Origin: the human T2T-CHM13v2.0 reference genome, Homo sapiens
DNA: 64,000 bases
NCBI RefSeq assembly: GCF_009914755.1
Contig: NC_060926.1
Reading direction: 5' to 3' (one strand)
The notes under the pieces are model-generated. The model saw only the letters and a list, made by a program, of their open reading frames with translations. It did no database searches and was not told the DNA's origin. The position numbers and the translations under genes were made by a program. Below are positions 42,899-61,279 of this stretch, piece by piece (positions within the stretch are counted from its first letter, which is position 1; every line of letters starts with the position of its first letter).

Positions 42899-43550
42899 TG
42901 GGAAACCGAGGGCTAACCTGATTAAGCCTGCCTAATTTAACCTGCCTTGCTTGCTTTTAATTGCTTACATCCAGTTAATCTTAAAATTCCCACTAGCAAG
43001 TCATAGTAGCCAAACAATGCATAACTAAACTTCCACTAGCCTCCACTAGCTCTGACAGTGGGTCACCATAATAATAAGTGCTTAATGTTGTTTTGCAGGA
43101 GCTAGCAGGCAGTTCTTGTTGAGTTCAAGCCAGTTGAGACCATCAACCCTTCAACTGAGCCTGCATGGGTGCGTAAAGTGTGACCTTTTGATGTCAAAGG
43201 GCCAAAACCTGCACCCTCCTTTCATGCTAATTCAACCATTTTCTGAACATGCATCCTATGAAGAGCCATGTAGTTCAATTATGCTTGTGCAGAAACCCTG
43301 ATTACCTCACCTTTCCCACCTGCCAATCACCTTTACCCATACTTCACACCATCCTGCTTTCTATCCCGCTAATTACCCCTAAGCCCTGTTTTCAGGGAGG
43401 TGGATTTGCGATTTGTTCTCCTTCTCCTTGCTCAGCAGCCTGGTAAGCAATCTCACAAAATAAAATCTTTTCTTTTTTGCAAAACCCACAGTCCCAATGA
43501 TTGGTTTGCTGTCCATGAGCAAAATGAAGCTGGTTTGATATCAGATGTCA
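42899..43550 (+). mobile_element. ERVL-type LTR (MER54/73/74 group)
   Basis: TTTAACCTGCCTTGCTTGCTTTT..AATAAAATCTTTTCTTTTTTGCAAAACCC. Confidence 0.65.
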
Positions 43551-43678
43551 CATATAAAAATTGGGGGTGGAGTAGGGTGTAGAGGGAGCAGGTATAGAAT
43601 TTCATCAGTTTGCAGTCAGTAAAAAGAAAGGGAGTTTAGGCTGAGGACAAGTATTCCAATCTTTCTATGGGGGGGGGA

Positions 43679-44099
43679 TGTATTAGTCAGGGTTCTCTAG
43701 AGGGACAGAATAGTATAGATATATAAAGGAGTTTATTAACTGACACAATCACAAGGTCCCACAATAGGCCATCTGCAAGCTTGAGGAGCAAGGAGAGCCA
43801 ATCCCAGTCTCAAAACTGAAGAACTTGGAGTCCGATGTTCGAGAACAGGAAGCATCCAGCATGGGAGAAAGATATAGGCTGGGAGCCTGAGCCAATCTCT
43901 TCTTTTCACATTTTTCTGCCTGCTTCATATTCGCTGGCAGCAGATTAGATGGTGCCCACCAGATTAAGGGTGGATCTGCCTTCCCCGGCCCACTGACTCA
44001 AATATTAATCTCCTTTGGCAACACCCTCACAGACACACCCAGGATTAATATTTTGCATCCTTCAATCCAATCAAGTTGACACTCAGTATCAACCATCAC
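43679..44099 (-). mobile_element. MLT2A solo LTR
   Basis: TGTATTAGTCAGGGTTCTCTAGAGGGACAGAA...GTTGACACTCAGTATCAACCATCAC. Confidence 0.9.
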
Positions 44100-44585
44100 T
44101 GGGAGATAGTCACTTTTGGTGGGTAAACACGTGGAGCTTATGTCTCCTCCCCTTGAATCTGGACTGGGCCCGTGAGTGAAAGCTTTTACTTTTTAGCCCA
44201 GGCTTTAAGAAGGCCTGGCAGCTTCAGTTTCCTCCGTTTTGGATTCCTGAGCTACTGTGAAGGAAGGAAGGCCAGGCCCCTGTGTGGGGCCTTGGAGGAG
44301 GAGGTAGCACGGGGTACTCCCCACATCCCCCCAGCAGCAGCCCCAGCCTCCTTAAAGCCCTCACAGAGGGCAGTCCAGGAAGCTGCCCTGAAAACATGTC
44401 ATCCTCCTCCTAAAAATGTGTTTCCCTTTGGATGTTAGTACCATTGTTTATGCCTCACCATTAACATGCTTGAACGTATAGCAAATGTGCTTTGCCCAGA
44501 TCACTTTTTTGGTGGAAACTTTTCAGCAGCACATTTATAATTTATTAAACTAGTGTTCCTCAAACTTTACTGTAGATAAGAATCA

Positions 44586-45932
<1,347 letters not shown>

Positions 45933-46281
45933 AATTAATTTAAGCCAGTTCCAAGGGCCTGACTGCCCTTGCACACTGACTGAAAGGGAAGTCCCTGTCT
46001 CTCTAGGGCTGAATTTTGGACTGGGAGACACAAACTGAGATGTCCCTGTGGACACCGCTGTCACTGTAGTCTTCCAGTTCTTTTGTGCTAGTACCCACAG
46101 CTAAGGGAGAAAGTTTCTCTCTTTCTCCTGATTGAAACCATTCCCTTCACCCATCGTAATTCCTTCTTTCTTCTCTGAAGCTGGGCTTAATCTTGGGCAT
46201 CCTTGTGCAGATTCCCTCTTTACTAGCGATGTCCCCTCAGCCTGTGAACACACTCAAGTTTCTCTCATGATTAAAAAAACT

Positions 46282-46583
46282 GGCCAGGCATGATGCCTCA
46301 TGCCTGTAATCCCAGCACTTTTGAAGTCCAAGGCAGGTGGATTGTTGAGCCCAGGAGTTCAAGGCCAGCCTAGGCAACATGGCAAAGCCCCGTCTCTACA
46401 GAAAAATACAAAAACATTAGCTGGGTGTGGTGGCACGTACCTGTGATTCCAGCTACATGTGAGGCTGAGGTAGGAGGCTCACTTGTACCCAGGAGGTAAA
46501 GACTGCAGTCATCTAAGATTGTGCCACTGTACTCCAGCCTGGGCAACAGAGCAAGACTGTCTCAAAAATAAAAAATAAAAAAA
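46282..46583 (+). mobile_element. AluJ
   Basis: Alu dimer. Confidence 0.9.
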
Positions 46584-46927
46584 TGAAGCCATCCCTTGAC
46601 CCCCACATCCATCCTGCATTAACATCTAGTTTATTTTCACCTCATCCAAACTTCTTACAACAGGAGTCTATGCTCACTAGTAGTCTCTTCTCATTTAGCC
46701 CTTAACCTACTATAACCTGGGTTCTAATTACTCCACTAACGTGTCCAACATATAATGCTAATCATCCCATAAATTTCCAGAATGTCTATACTCTTGGTTT
46801 CTGTAATAACAGACTCTTCGAATTGTCCTTATAGTTCTGACTTTACTTGCATCCTCTAGGGCCTTCTCCCTGTTCTCTGCACCACACTGCCCCCTAGTGC
46901 TTGGGTTCTCTACACCTTGTTACTACA

Positions 46928-47075
46928 ACAGTGCTGCTCAGACCAGTGGCTTTGGCATCACGAGGAGCTTGTTAGGGATGTATCTCAGGCCCGTCCCAGA
47001 CCTGCTGAGTCCATATCTGCATTTTAACAGAATCCCCAGGTGATGTTCATGCACAGCAAAGGGTGAGAAGCAGCT
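46928..47075. mobile_element. MER5A
   Basis: CAGTGCTGCTC..ATCTGCATTTTAACAGAATCCCCAGGTGAT. Confidence 0.8.
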
Positions 47076-47653
47076 CCACGACTCAGTCCTCACTCCCTGC
47101 TCTTCTCTTTTCTGGGTGAGCTCATCAATTCCCAGGGTCACTACCTATTTGTTGAGGTTTCTCAAATCTCTATCTCAACCCAAAGTACTTCCTCCAGGTT
47201 TCAGTCTCACATAGCAGACTACTTGCTGGCCATGATATTCACACAGAACTCAACAGACCCGTGCCTACCAACCAGCTGCCCCTCCTGTAATCTATTTTTC
47301 CCAGCTGATGCTAATATCACTCACCCAGTTATCCATACTGAAACCTGCGCATTGCACTAACGCCTTTCTTCCTCTCATTACTCTCCCTTCACTCTCCCCC
47401 TCTACCACCATTAAATTCAACAAGTCATCAAATCCTGGCATGTTAATGGTATTTCTCTTACCTGTCCTCTCCTGCCTGACACAATTTCTTTGTCCTCATT
47501 CAAGTTTCAATTACATCTTATATATACTGCTGCAATAACAGCCTTGTAATTGTGCCTACACAGATATGTTCTTCACACAATCACCAGGAAGAGTTTTATA
47601 AAATGGAAATACGATCATCTCACTGTCTTGCTTAATATCTGTCCCACCCACCA

Positions 47654-47850
47654 CAGTGGTTCTCAAATCGTGGTCCCTGGACCAGGAGTATTAGCATGGT
47701 ACTCACAAGTTGCCTGGGAACCTGTGAGAACTGCAAATGATGGGTCTAGCCCCAGATCTCTGAATCAGAAAGTCTAAGGAGGAGGTTCCTACATCCTGTT
47801 TTAACAAGCTCCAGGTGATTCTGGTGCACACTGAAGGCTGAGGCCCGCTG
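47654..47850. mobile_element. MER5A
   Basis: CAGTGGTTCTCAAATCGTGGTCCCTGGACCAG. Confidence 0.85.
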
Positions 47851-47985
47851 ACCTCCCAGAGTAAACCTTGATCAGCAAACATTTCCCCCGATACAGCTCA
47901 GGTCCAAACTCTTTAGCATTATTTCTGTCTACTTTTCAATTTTGAACTTGACATGTGAGGAATGGAGGAATATTTTTTATTTCTA

Positions 47986-48476
47986 TGTATGGTAACCAAT
48001 CTTCAAAATGACACCCCTGCCCCATTCCCCAGCCTCCTAGTGTCCATGCACTTATGCAGTGCCTTCCACATTGAACAGGGCTGGCCTGTGTAACCAGCAG
48101 GATAGTGTGGAAATGATGGTGTGAGACTTCAGAGGTTACAGCAACCTCTCTCTTGAATCAGTTGCTGGGGGTAGACACCTGCCATGAGTGACGACACTCA
48201 AGAACCCCATGGAGAGGTCCAGGTGCTGAAAAACTGAGGTCTTCTGTCAGCCAGCACTAACTCACCAGGTGCATGAGGGAGCCTGCTCACAAGTGGATCC
48301 TTCAGCCCTGGTTGACATCTTGACTGCAGCCTCATGAGAGATTCTAAGCCAAAACCATCGTAATAAGTCATTCCTGGATTTCTGACCCACAGAAACAATG
48401 TAAGATAATCAATATTTTTGTTTTAAGCCACTAAGTTCTGGTGTGGTTGTAATGCAGCATTGGATGATTAATACAT
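47986..48476 (+). mobile_element. MLT1 (MaLR) LTR
   Basis: TTTTAAGCCACTAAGTTCTGG..TAATACA end. Confidence 0.8.
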
Positions 48477-49055
48477 CAGGGTACACCATCCTGTTTCTTG
48501 CCACTGTGTAAGTCTCCATGCTGTCCCCTCTACATGAAAAGCTTCCCCTCCTTTCTTCCCCCATAAGCCCCTCTTCATCTAATTAAATTCAATCCACCTT
48601 TTAATATTCATCTGAGATATTATCTTCTCCAAAATCCCTTCTCTGACCCTTCCAGACTGGCTTAGCTGTCTACTCTGAGTTCCCATGATACTCTGAATAT
48701 ATCTCTACCATTGCATTTCTGCCTTGTGTAAATTATGTGTTTACATTTATCTCGGTTGAAAAACTTAGATTATCTTGAAAGCAAAGAAGTGTGTCTTATT
48801 CATATTTGTCTTACTCATATCCCCAGCACTATCATAGGCTTTGGCACATAGGAGGCACTTCATCAGTTTTGTTAGGTGAATAGCAAATGAAGGATCTTTG
48901 TGAAGCTCTTAGAGATGATTCATGGAAAGAACATAGTGCCTTGTTCACTCTCAGGCCTCAGTATGTTTCCATTTCTTCCCAGGGCAGAAGTAGCTTCCAA
49001 ATCAGGAGATTCAATATATCCACTTGTGGCAGATTGCATTTCCCAAAGATGGCCA

Positions 49056-50352
49056 TATGCTCTGAATCAGTATCCAATATATGATACCATTTCTCCCATA
49101 GCCAAGATTCCCAGGTCCAGGAATCAAGGGGCAGAGATGTGTATGGTGCCACTCACTATTACCTCTAGTGAGCCACTAGCAAAATTTTTACTTCCAGTTC
49201 CTGTGACTTTACACTCTTCTGACCTAGATAGAGGTCTTAGCTCCAAAGGCAGGAATGTCTCCACCAGGAGACACAACAGTGATTCCATCGAACTGGAAGT
49301 TAAGATTGCCACCTGGTCACTCTGGGATTTGCATGCCTCTGAGTCAACAGGAAAAGAATGACTGTGCTGGCTGGGGTGATTGATCCTGATCACCAACTGG
49401 AAACTGAACTGCTTTTCCACAAGAGAGGTAAGGAAGAGTATGTCTGGAATACAGGAAATTCCTTAGGGCATTCTTACTGTTACCATGCCCCATGATTAAA
49501 GTCAATGGAAAACTACAACAGCCCATTCCAGGCAAGACAAATGGTCCAGACCCTTCAGAATAAAAGTCAGTCTGGGTCACCAAATCAGGTCTCATGACCA
49601 GCTGTGGTGCTTGCTTAGAGCAAATGGAATACAGAACAGATAGTGGAAGAAGGTACAGTAGTTATAAATACCAGATATGACCACATAACTAGTTATAGAA
49701 ACAAGGACTGTAATTGCCATGAGTATTTCTTCCTTATTTTGTTATGAATATATTTGTGTTTATAATGTATATATGTATGTATATATATGTATATGTGTGT
49801 ATATATGTGTAAATGTGTGTATATATGTGTATGTTTGTATATATATATGTGTGTATATACATCTGTTTTGCTATACGTATGTACATACATATATGGCAAA
49901 TGTCTTTATTTATGTATTTATTTGGTAGAGACAGGGTCTCACTATGTCACCCAAGCTGGTTTTGAACTCCTGGGCTCAAGCGATCCATCTGCCTTAGCCT
50001 CCCAAGGTGCTGGGATTACAGACGTGAGCCACTGTGCCTGGCTGCAAATATCTTTGTTTTCTTCCCTCTTATCTCCTCATGTAACATAAGATACACTCAT
50101 TTTATATTATAGTACCTAAGTATTGTTAATTTTATATCTAAATATTGACATAAAAATAGAATGTCAAGGAGAATAAACATCATCCAAGAGTTTTTACATC
50201 CTCTCCTGGGGAAGGAGCTAGTGTGTTTTCCAGTGTACACAGGACAGTTGTATCATCTTAGGTGGAATTATGACCTTGTTATTGTGTTTACTTGGAGATT
50301 AAGTATGGGTTAAGGAGATGCGTATGGGTGCCAAGTTGACAAGGCATGCATG
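49056..50352 (+). mobile_element. ERV-L internal 3' fragment (integrase C-terminus + dUTPase), decayed; contains (TA/TG)n and an antisense FLAM (49905-50043)
   Basis: YALNQYPIYDTISPIAKI..PLAKFLLPVP and TVLAGVIDPDHQ (dUTPase motif III); GCCAAGTTGACAAGG precedes the LTR. Confidence 0.85.
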
Positions 50353-52180
<1,828 letters not shown>

Positions 52181-53327
52181 ACCACCATTCAGAGCTACAG
52201 TGGAAGCAGCCTTTATAAATTCCTATTTTTATTATTGTATCATAGAAAACAGGCAGTATAAATTCTTATATTCAGAATTGTTTTCTCCAGGCATTTTGAA
52301 CATTCTTGACCATCTTTTTTATTACCTACCCCTCTTTTTCATATAGCAAGTGGTTTTGTTTCAGTCTACTAAAAAAAAAAAAAATCACAGACCTTGTTAA
52401 CAAGAAAACCTGAGATCAATTTCACAGACAGGAAGGAGGTGCAGCGAAGCAAGGAACCTGGGCGGGAGGCTGAGAAAGCGAGCCTGAGCTCTGTGTGCAG
52501 GTGCAAAATGGCTCTGTCGCAGGTGATGGAATTTGGGGATCCTGGCAGATTCTGGGCTGCTGGATTTGAAACATGTGTCTGACCTACATTCTGTTGTTAA
52601 ACACCCATAAGTTTAGACTCCAAATGTGGCACCATTTCCTCTAGGGCTGACAGCATCACTCACAGAGGCTGACGAACACTCAAGATGGTGGGCGTGGGAG
52701 ACAGGGACGTTCGTGCCTGCCGGCCAGTCGGCAGCCTACCATAAATTGTGTCCCTGCCTGGCTTGCATATGCGGAGAGTGACGCAGTTAGTGAGATCTCT
52801 TTTTCTGTTTTACAGTCCTTCTGAAACTCATCCGGGTTGCCCTTTGTCTCCCTCTCCCCATATATCTGGAGTGATGGACTTTATGACCACTTCTTCAGGG
52901 GATACGGAATTATAGATCTCTGGATTTATGTCTGTTTGCCAGGCCCCCTCTGGTCCCTGCACCATAAGGTGAATGCCGGGTCAGCGAGAATGATGTTGCA
53001 TTCTAATAGATCTGGACCAGTTTCTGACAACTTATTTTGACAAAAGCATAAAATTCAATGATTGTTGCTCAACTCAGAAGTTATAGGAAATATAGGGGGG
53101 GAAAAAAGGATGTTTAAATGTGAGCCTCCCTATCTTCAAACTGCTCTGTGAGTCTGGTAAATTGTGAAAAACACAGAAAGCTAAGCCAACAAATTTAATG
53201 ACAATGGCAAGTCTAGAAGCAACATAATTTACCCCAGAGAATGTGATATGAACATACTTTTTCCTGAGACTGAGGCATCACCACCTGCCACATGAACACA
53301 TAAGGGGGTCTGTTAGGGAAGCAGGGA

Positions 53328-55000
53328 TATGGTAGCCAGCCTTTGGGTTGCCTGCCCCACAAAAGATCCTTGTCTACTGGAATTCACACCTTTGTGTGTA
53401 TTAGTTCTCTTCCATGCTGAATTGGCCTGTGTGGCCACTAAGATATCACAGAAGGGATAGTGTGACTTTGATGGCTATGCCATAAAAGATAATATTTATT
53501 CTGCTTTGTTCTCTAGGATGGCTTGCTTTAGTGGGGAAGGGTGAGGGGTTCCCAGCTGCAATATCATGAGAACACTGAAGTGGCCCAGGGAGAGATCTAT
53601 GTGGAGAAAATCAGAGGCCTCCCACTCACTGCCAGCACAGACAAGGGAGTGACCAAGCTTTAAAAACTGATCTTTCCGCCCTAGCAAAGCCTTGGGATGA
53701 CTGCAATCCCAGCTAGCAGCTTGGCTACTACTGTAAGAGTGACTCCAAGTGGAACCTGCCTAGCCAAGCTGCTTCTGAATTCCTGTTCCACAAAAGCTGG
53801 GAGTAATAATAAATGTTTATTGTTTTAAGTTACTAGATTTTGGGGCAACTGGTTTCGTAGCAATAGATAACCAATGAGAGCATATAAATTAGGATTAGGT
53901 TTGGCTGCGTGAGACAGACTGCCCTCATCTCCCCTTCCTGCAAAGAAAGAAGATAGATCTTTATTTCTCTCTCATTTAAGAAATCTAGAGTCACAATTTT
54001 TGGCTGGTATGGTTCTCCAAAGGTGTCAGAGACTCAAGCTATTTTTCTCTTATTTTTCTGCTATTCTCAGTATATGGCTCTCATTTAGTGGTCCAAAATG
54101 GCTGCTCAAACCCCAGCCATCACATCCTCATTCCATCCAACAGGAAGGAAGAAATAAGGAGGAACACAACACCTCCATTATGGACATTTCCCAGAAGTCA
54201 CATTTGACACCTCTGTTTATATACCACTGGTCAGAACATGGGTATATGGCCATATATAGCTACCAGGAAGGCTGGCAAATAGAGTATTCTGAGCAGCCAT
54301 ATGTCCAACTAAGTCAGAAGTTTAAGGAAAAAGAGAAATAAACATTGGGGAAGCAGGATTTGCTGCAAGTTGCTAGCTTAGTTGAATCTGAATGATAATT
54401 AGGAGTTTGCCAAGAAGATAGGTGTTATTATAGTTTGTTATATTGTAAATGCACCTACTACATTACAGAAGATGGTATATTATAAATGGCTGCAAACTCT
54501 TTGCAATTTACTGCATTGAATGTTAGAGTCTGTTTCTCCTCCCCATGAGTCATAGGCTGGTCCTATGACTTGTGTTGGCTGACAGAATGTAATAGAAGTG
54601 ACACTGTATTACTTCCAAGGCTGGCTTAAGAGATATGCAGCTTTTGCTTTCTACTTTTGAGACACATCTTTGTGGTACTATGTAGGAAGTCTGTCTTCCC
54701 TAATACTAATCCCACTGTGAGAAAGTCCAAGCTGGCCACGTGGACAGAGCAATATCATGTAGAGGAATAATGGGCGACCACACATGGGAGTAAAGTCTTC
54801 TTTGACCTCCCAGCCCAGCCAAGACACCAGCTGAATGTGACCTAGTGAGTGACCTCAGGGAATGCCACATGGAAAAGAAGAACCAGCCAGCTAAGCCCTG
54901 CCCAAATTCCTGACCCCCTAAATTATGAGCAAATATATTGGCTGTTGTAGTATGCCTCTAAGTTTTGGTGTAGTTGTTCACAGCAACAGATAGCCAAAAC
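53328..55000. mobile_element. Cluster of three old MLT1 LTRs (about 53328-53875, 53885-54365, 54470-55000)
   Basis: MLT1 3' motifs TTTTAAGTTACTAGATTTTGGGG and CTAAGTTTTGG..CAGCAACAGATAGC. Confidence 0.65.
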
Positions 55001-56282
55001 TAAAAAGGGAAAGCCATTCTAGGGAGAGGGAACAGCATTTTAAAAACTACAGTGGTGACAGGCAATGTGGCATATGCAAGGATTTCTACACAGTTTGATA
55101 TGCTAGAAAGTAAAATTTGTGGAGAGTGGCAGGTAATAAGGCTGGAAGTAAGCAGGAGGCTGGACATGGAGGACCATCCTATGGAGGGTGGATTCAGGAG
55201 CCTTACCAACTAAGAGCTGTGTTGAAGGGGAGAGAGTTTGTTAATGGAAAGACTGACCATAGCAAGATTCAAGATCCAGTGCAAGTACTCCTGAGTCGTT
55301 TTTTCCCTCCTAACAGGTAGATCTGGGGCAACCTACACCGACAGCATTTATGGAGGGGGAAGGTTACTGTTACTTGTGTGAAATGATGGGTAGGTTTGTA
55401 TTCTATATTGTGAGGAAGGACTTTGTGAGGGAGGGGGTTTATGGATGACGATATTGTATTTTCTACTCAACTTCTTTTAGATTAAAACAAATTCTCTCTC
55501 TAGCTGCTTCCTCCTTCTTGGTGGTGAGATCCTCAGAAACTAAGCAGCTGGCTTTATCTTGTTCCAGAAGGACCTGGGAATAGGAACTGAGGAGGAGGGT
55601 GGATGTCAATGAAAGGACAAACTAAACAACCTAATTTGACTTGTGTTCCCTAGGCTGGGTTCAGAGTCACATCCTCTACTGTATATGTCACATTTCACCT
55701 TCATTTTCATTGTGAGGAAATGGCCATATATTCAGGGATAATTTTGGATGTTTCCCTCACAACTCAGGCCAAATGTCTCCTCCGCCTTTTAGCCAGAATA
55801 GCTTGATTATTGCTGTATTATGAAACATTCAAAAAATGTTCCTGAAAGATACATTACACAATATCCATAATGATGTGTGTTTTATTTCCTTTCTTTTCTG
55901 TACCTCTTAGCAAAGTGTTGGGCTGCAGAAAAAAGAAATTTTAAAGTGGCTTAACTGGGACATTCTCAAGCTGCAAGAGAGGTCTAGAGGTAGACAGACC
56001 TGGGCTTACCATCATTAAGGATCCAGCCTTTTATTTCTGCTTCAGTAGTCTTAGTGTGCGGCTTTTATCTTCGGGACTCATTGCTGACTTTCCAGGCATC
56101 ATATCAATGTTCCAAAGGAAAAACGGTGCATGCCAGTCAGATCTTTCCCTTTTGAAAAGCATTCCTGGAAGTCCCAACCTGGCACTGCCAGTTATATCTC
56201 TCCAGGCAGAGCTGAGTCTCTGGGCTGTCTCTCTACAAAGGAATCTGGAAAGGTGATTGTTTTCTTCTTCTTCCAAGTTTCC

Positions 56283-56836
56283 TTTTTTTTTTTCTTTTTG
56301 AGAAGAGTGTGGCTGTGTCACCCAGACTAGAGTGCAGTGGTGTGATCACGGCTCACTGCATCCTCGACCTCTTGGGCTCAAAAATGATCCTTCATCATGA
56401 CATCAGGAGATCAAGACCATCCTGGCTAACAGGGTGAAATCCCGTCTCTACTAAAAATACAAAAAAATTAGCCCGGCATGGTGGCGGACGCCTGTAGTCC
56501 CAGCTACTCAGGAGGCTGAGGCAGGAGAATGGCGTGAACCCAGGAGGCGGAGCTTGCAGTGAGCCGAGATCACGCTGCTGTACTCTACTGTACTCTAGCC
56601 TGGATGACAGAGTGAGACTCCATCTCAAAAAAAAAAAAAAGATCCTCCCCCGGCCAGCTTCCCAAATAGGTGGACTGCAGGTGCGTGCCACCATGCTTGG
56701 TTAATTTTTTAAAGTTTTGTTAGAGAAAGGGACTCTATGTTGCCCAGGATGGTCTCAAACTCTTGGGCTTAAGTCATACTCCCACCTTGGCCTCCGAAAG
56801 TGGTGGAATTAAAGGCATAAGCCACTACGTCCAGCC
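56283..56836 (-). mobile_element. AluJ interrupted by an oppositely oriented 5'-truncated AluY (56395-56640, +)
   Basis: Host split at GATCCT; TSD AAAA(T/A)GATCCT. Confidence 0.88.
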
Positions 56837-56880
56837 TTTTTCAGATTTCTATAATAAAGAAAGGCAATGGGAAAGGGGAC

Positions 56881-57262
56881 TACTATTGTTTGAATGTTCC
56901 CTCCAAACTTCACATTGCCAATGTAATTTTAAGAGGGGGGCCTTTAAGAGGTGATTGGCCCATGAAGGTTCTGCTCTCATGAATGGGATTGAAGCCCTTG
57001 TAAAAGAAGTTTCATGGAGCATTTGGTCTCTTGCCCTTGTACCTCCTGCCATGTAAGGACATAGAGCTCCTCCCTGCTGGAGGACATGGTGTTCAAGGCA
57101 CCACCTTAAAAGCAGAAACCAAACCCTCACCAGACTATAAACTTACTGGCACCTTAATCTTGGACTTCCCAACCTCCAGAACTGGCAGAAATAATTTCTG
57201 TTCCTTATAAATTAGCCATTCTCAGGTATTTTGCTATAGCAGCACAAATGAGCTAACCTAGG
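56881..57262 (+). mobile_element. MST/MLT1A MaLR LTR
   Basis: GGACTTCCCAACCTCCAGAACT..TTTCTGTTCCTTATAAATTA. Confidence 0.85.
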
Positions 57263-57486
57263 AACTGTGTATGGCTTTTGGGTGGTCCATCTACAGAGGC
57301 CTTCCCAGGACCCATCCTCTCTACACTTTCCCAGATACCTGAAGGCATTTTTTTTCAGGTCTGCCTTAGTAGTTGCAAAACCATTTGCTCTACAGTGGGA
57401 TATAATTATAATATAGCTTACTTGAAAATACATAGCATAATATCTTGGGCCCATGGATAACATAGTAAAACTTCCCTATCACATGA

Positions 57487-57922
<436 letters not shown>

Positions 57923-59351
57923 TAATTTAAATACCATAAAATTCACTAATGTACAATTCAATGATTCACAGAGCTGTGCAACCAGCACCACAATCCAGTT
58001 GTTGAAGACTTCCATCACCCGCCTTAAATGTCTCACGTCCATTTGTATAAATGGAGACAGATGAACAAAAGCCTACGCTGGGAGTTTTTAGGGTCCAGTC
58101 CAATCTCTTCTCAGTTTGGCTACAGTTTGGTGCCACCTGGTGGTGTCTGTCCTGGTTTCTGGGACCAGGCCAGGGTTTCTAGGAATCTCCCAGTTAGTAG
58201 GCAACCATTAAATCAACCTATTCTTGGGGAGACTAGACCAGCAAAATACCAGACTGAAAGGCACCCATCCTCTATCTTTTGGTTTGGTGAAGGGCCTGGC
58301 TGCTGTTTCTCTGCCTGGTGTTATTCTACCTGCCAAGGAGAGGAGCCAATCATACCCCAATTCACATATCCCAATTTGCATTACTGAGGGCACTGCAACA
58401 CATACATACAAATATCTATAATTATTAAAGCAGTATATTAAGTGAGCTGAACTTGATAAGGCACAAACAGAAAACATTATCTGTTACCTTGAAATCATCT
58501 CTATGGGTTATTTCTTTCCCTGACCTAGATGAAGTCTCTGGCATCTTCCAGAGCTTTTCTGGTCACTCTGAGACAATGAAGAGTTGTCTGGTTACTTTCA
58601 TCTAATTATACCCTCGTTTCTGTAAACTATCATGTCCAGGATCGTGATTGAAATTCACAACTTCAACCAACATCATGGCTTCCTCCTCTTCCTGCTTGGC
58701 CTATTCCACGCCAGAAGCCTGCAGTGGGATGGAGGATGGGGTCAGTCTCTTTTCTGCACTCGCCTCTCCCATTAGCTGTTGTTTCTGACTCCTGGGAAGG
58801 ATAAAGTCTAGGGGATGGGGTGGCGGGTGGGTACACACCTTTATCTGGCTGGGTTTATGGTGATCTGATTCTGGTGCTTTCTGGCTTAGACATGCTCAAG
58901 GCTGATTGTTTCTCTTAGAGGGAACTTTTTGTGGTATCTTGGAGATTCTCCTTGCTGGCATCCTCCACATGCAACTCCCATGAGACAAGAGATATCTCTT
59001 CTCCAGTTTGGAAGGTAAGGATGCCACTGCGTTCTTTGGGGGGTCTGTGTGCTGAATCATTTAGCTCCTCCAGGAAGTCTCTTGGGCACATTCCCTTTGA
59101 AGAAAACTTCCAGTCCACTCTCCACAGATCTATTTATCCCTTGGGGAAAAAATGTCACACGATTCCCCCACAGTTAACTCCTGCAGCAGGCTTCTCTCTC
59201 CTTCTCTCTGTCTCTTTTTCTGCCCTGCCACCTCAGGTCCTCCTAGGGACGGCTTCTCAGAGCAGTCCTTACGCTTCCCAAACTCTCAGATCAAAAGTTC
59301 TCAGAGTAGTTCCCTGAAATGCATTCTTTTCACAGAAATCTTTTCTCTTAA

Positions 59352-59714
<363 letters not shown>

Positions 59715-60157
59715 TAGATTTCAGATTTCCCTTTGGCAAGTCCTGCATAATATGGGTCTTGTATCTCTCCTTGGAATGTGGGGGTACTTGGTATCCATTC
59801 AAAACTGGTACACTGCATAACTCTCAGGGTCTTATTTAGACAAAATATAACAAGAATAGAGAATATAATGTGAATAGTGCCCCCTGGAAGTGTAAAGCTG
59901 CAGGGCTGAGTGTATTGTCCTGGGCCTTTGGAGCTTCAGGTGAATCCTGTTACATGTAATAGTAATAACAGAGCTAGTTATATTGTCACCATGTGCTATG
60001 CACTATTTTAGATGCTTTATGTATTTTATTTGATCCTCATAACTATCATATGAGAAAGGTACTATTGTTCATCCCTATTTCACAGGTAAGTAAACTGAAG
60101 CCCAAAGAAGCTTCATGACTTGTTCAAGGTCACACAGCAAGCAAGTGGCAGACCTAG

Positions 60158-60695
<538 letters not shown>

Positions 60696-61279
60696 GCTGC
60701 AACCCTATTCTATCTTGCCTGAGGGTTCCACTTTTCTCCATGACACTCTGGGGCAGGCTACAGATAGCACAGCACGCGCCCTCGCATTGCGCAGATGTGG
60801 CTCAGATCCCACGCTGCCATTCGGTAGATATGTGTCTTTAGATAAGTGACTTAACTTTCCCGAATTTTAGAGTCCTCATCTAAAGATTCTAATACCTTCC
60901 TGACAGAGTGAGTGTCTGGTTGGGAGGATTCCTCATTTACTTTCCCCATCTCTCTGCAAAGAGAAAGGAGTTAAAATTGCATGGAAGTCAAACCCGAAAT
61001 TATAAAAGCGACATCAAACATGGGTGAAGGGAGGGAGACCTAAATCATTACTTAGTTTAAAAAAAAAATGTAACAAATATCTACTGGCTGCCAGGCACTC
61101 ATTGGCATTGGTGCTCAGGGCAATGAATCCAGTCCATCTCTCCGGGTCATTCACACACCAAGGCCCTGCTCACCTTTGGAAAGCTGGGGGACTGAGTGGG
61201 GAGGGCACGGTGTGGTGTCAGCCTGAGCCCACTGGATGACCCTAATCACCAAACATCTGCTTCCTTCTCTGTAGCTGTG

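Noticed and set aside
43590-43640. Possible last SMC6-like exon (IEFHQFAVSKKKG)
   Set aside because: Similarity too weak to support
48900-49361. 153-aa ORF as a domesticated retroviral gene
   Set aside because: Non-ATG start, begins in unrelated sequence, frameshifted relative to ERV-L pol/dUTPase
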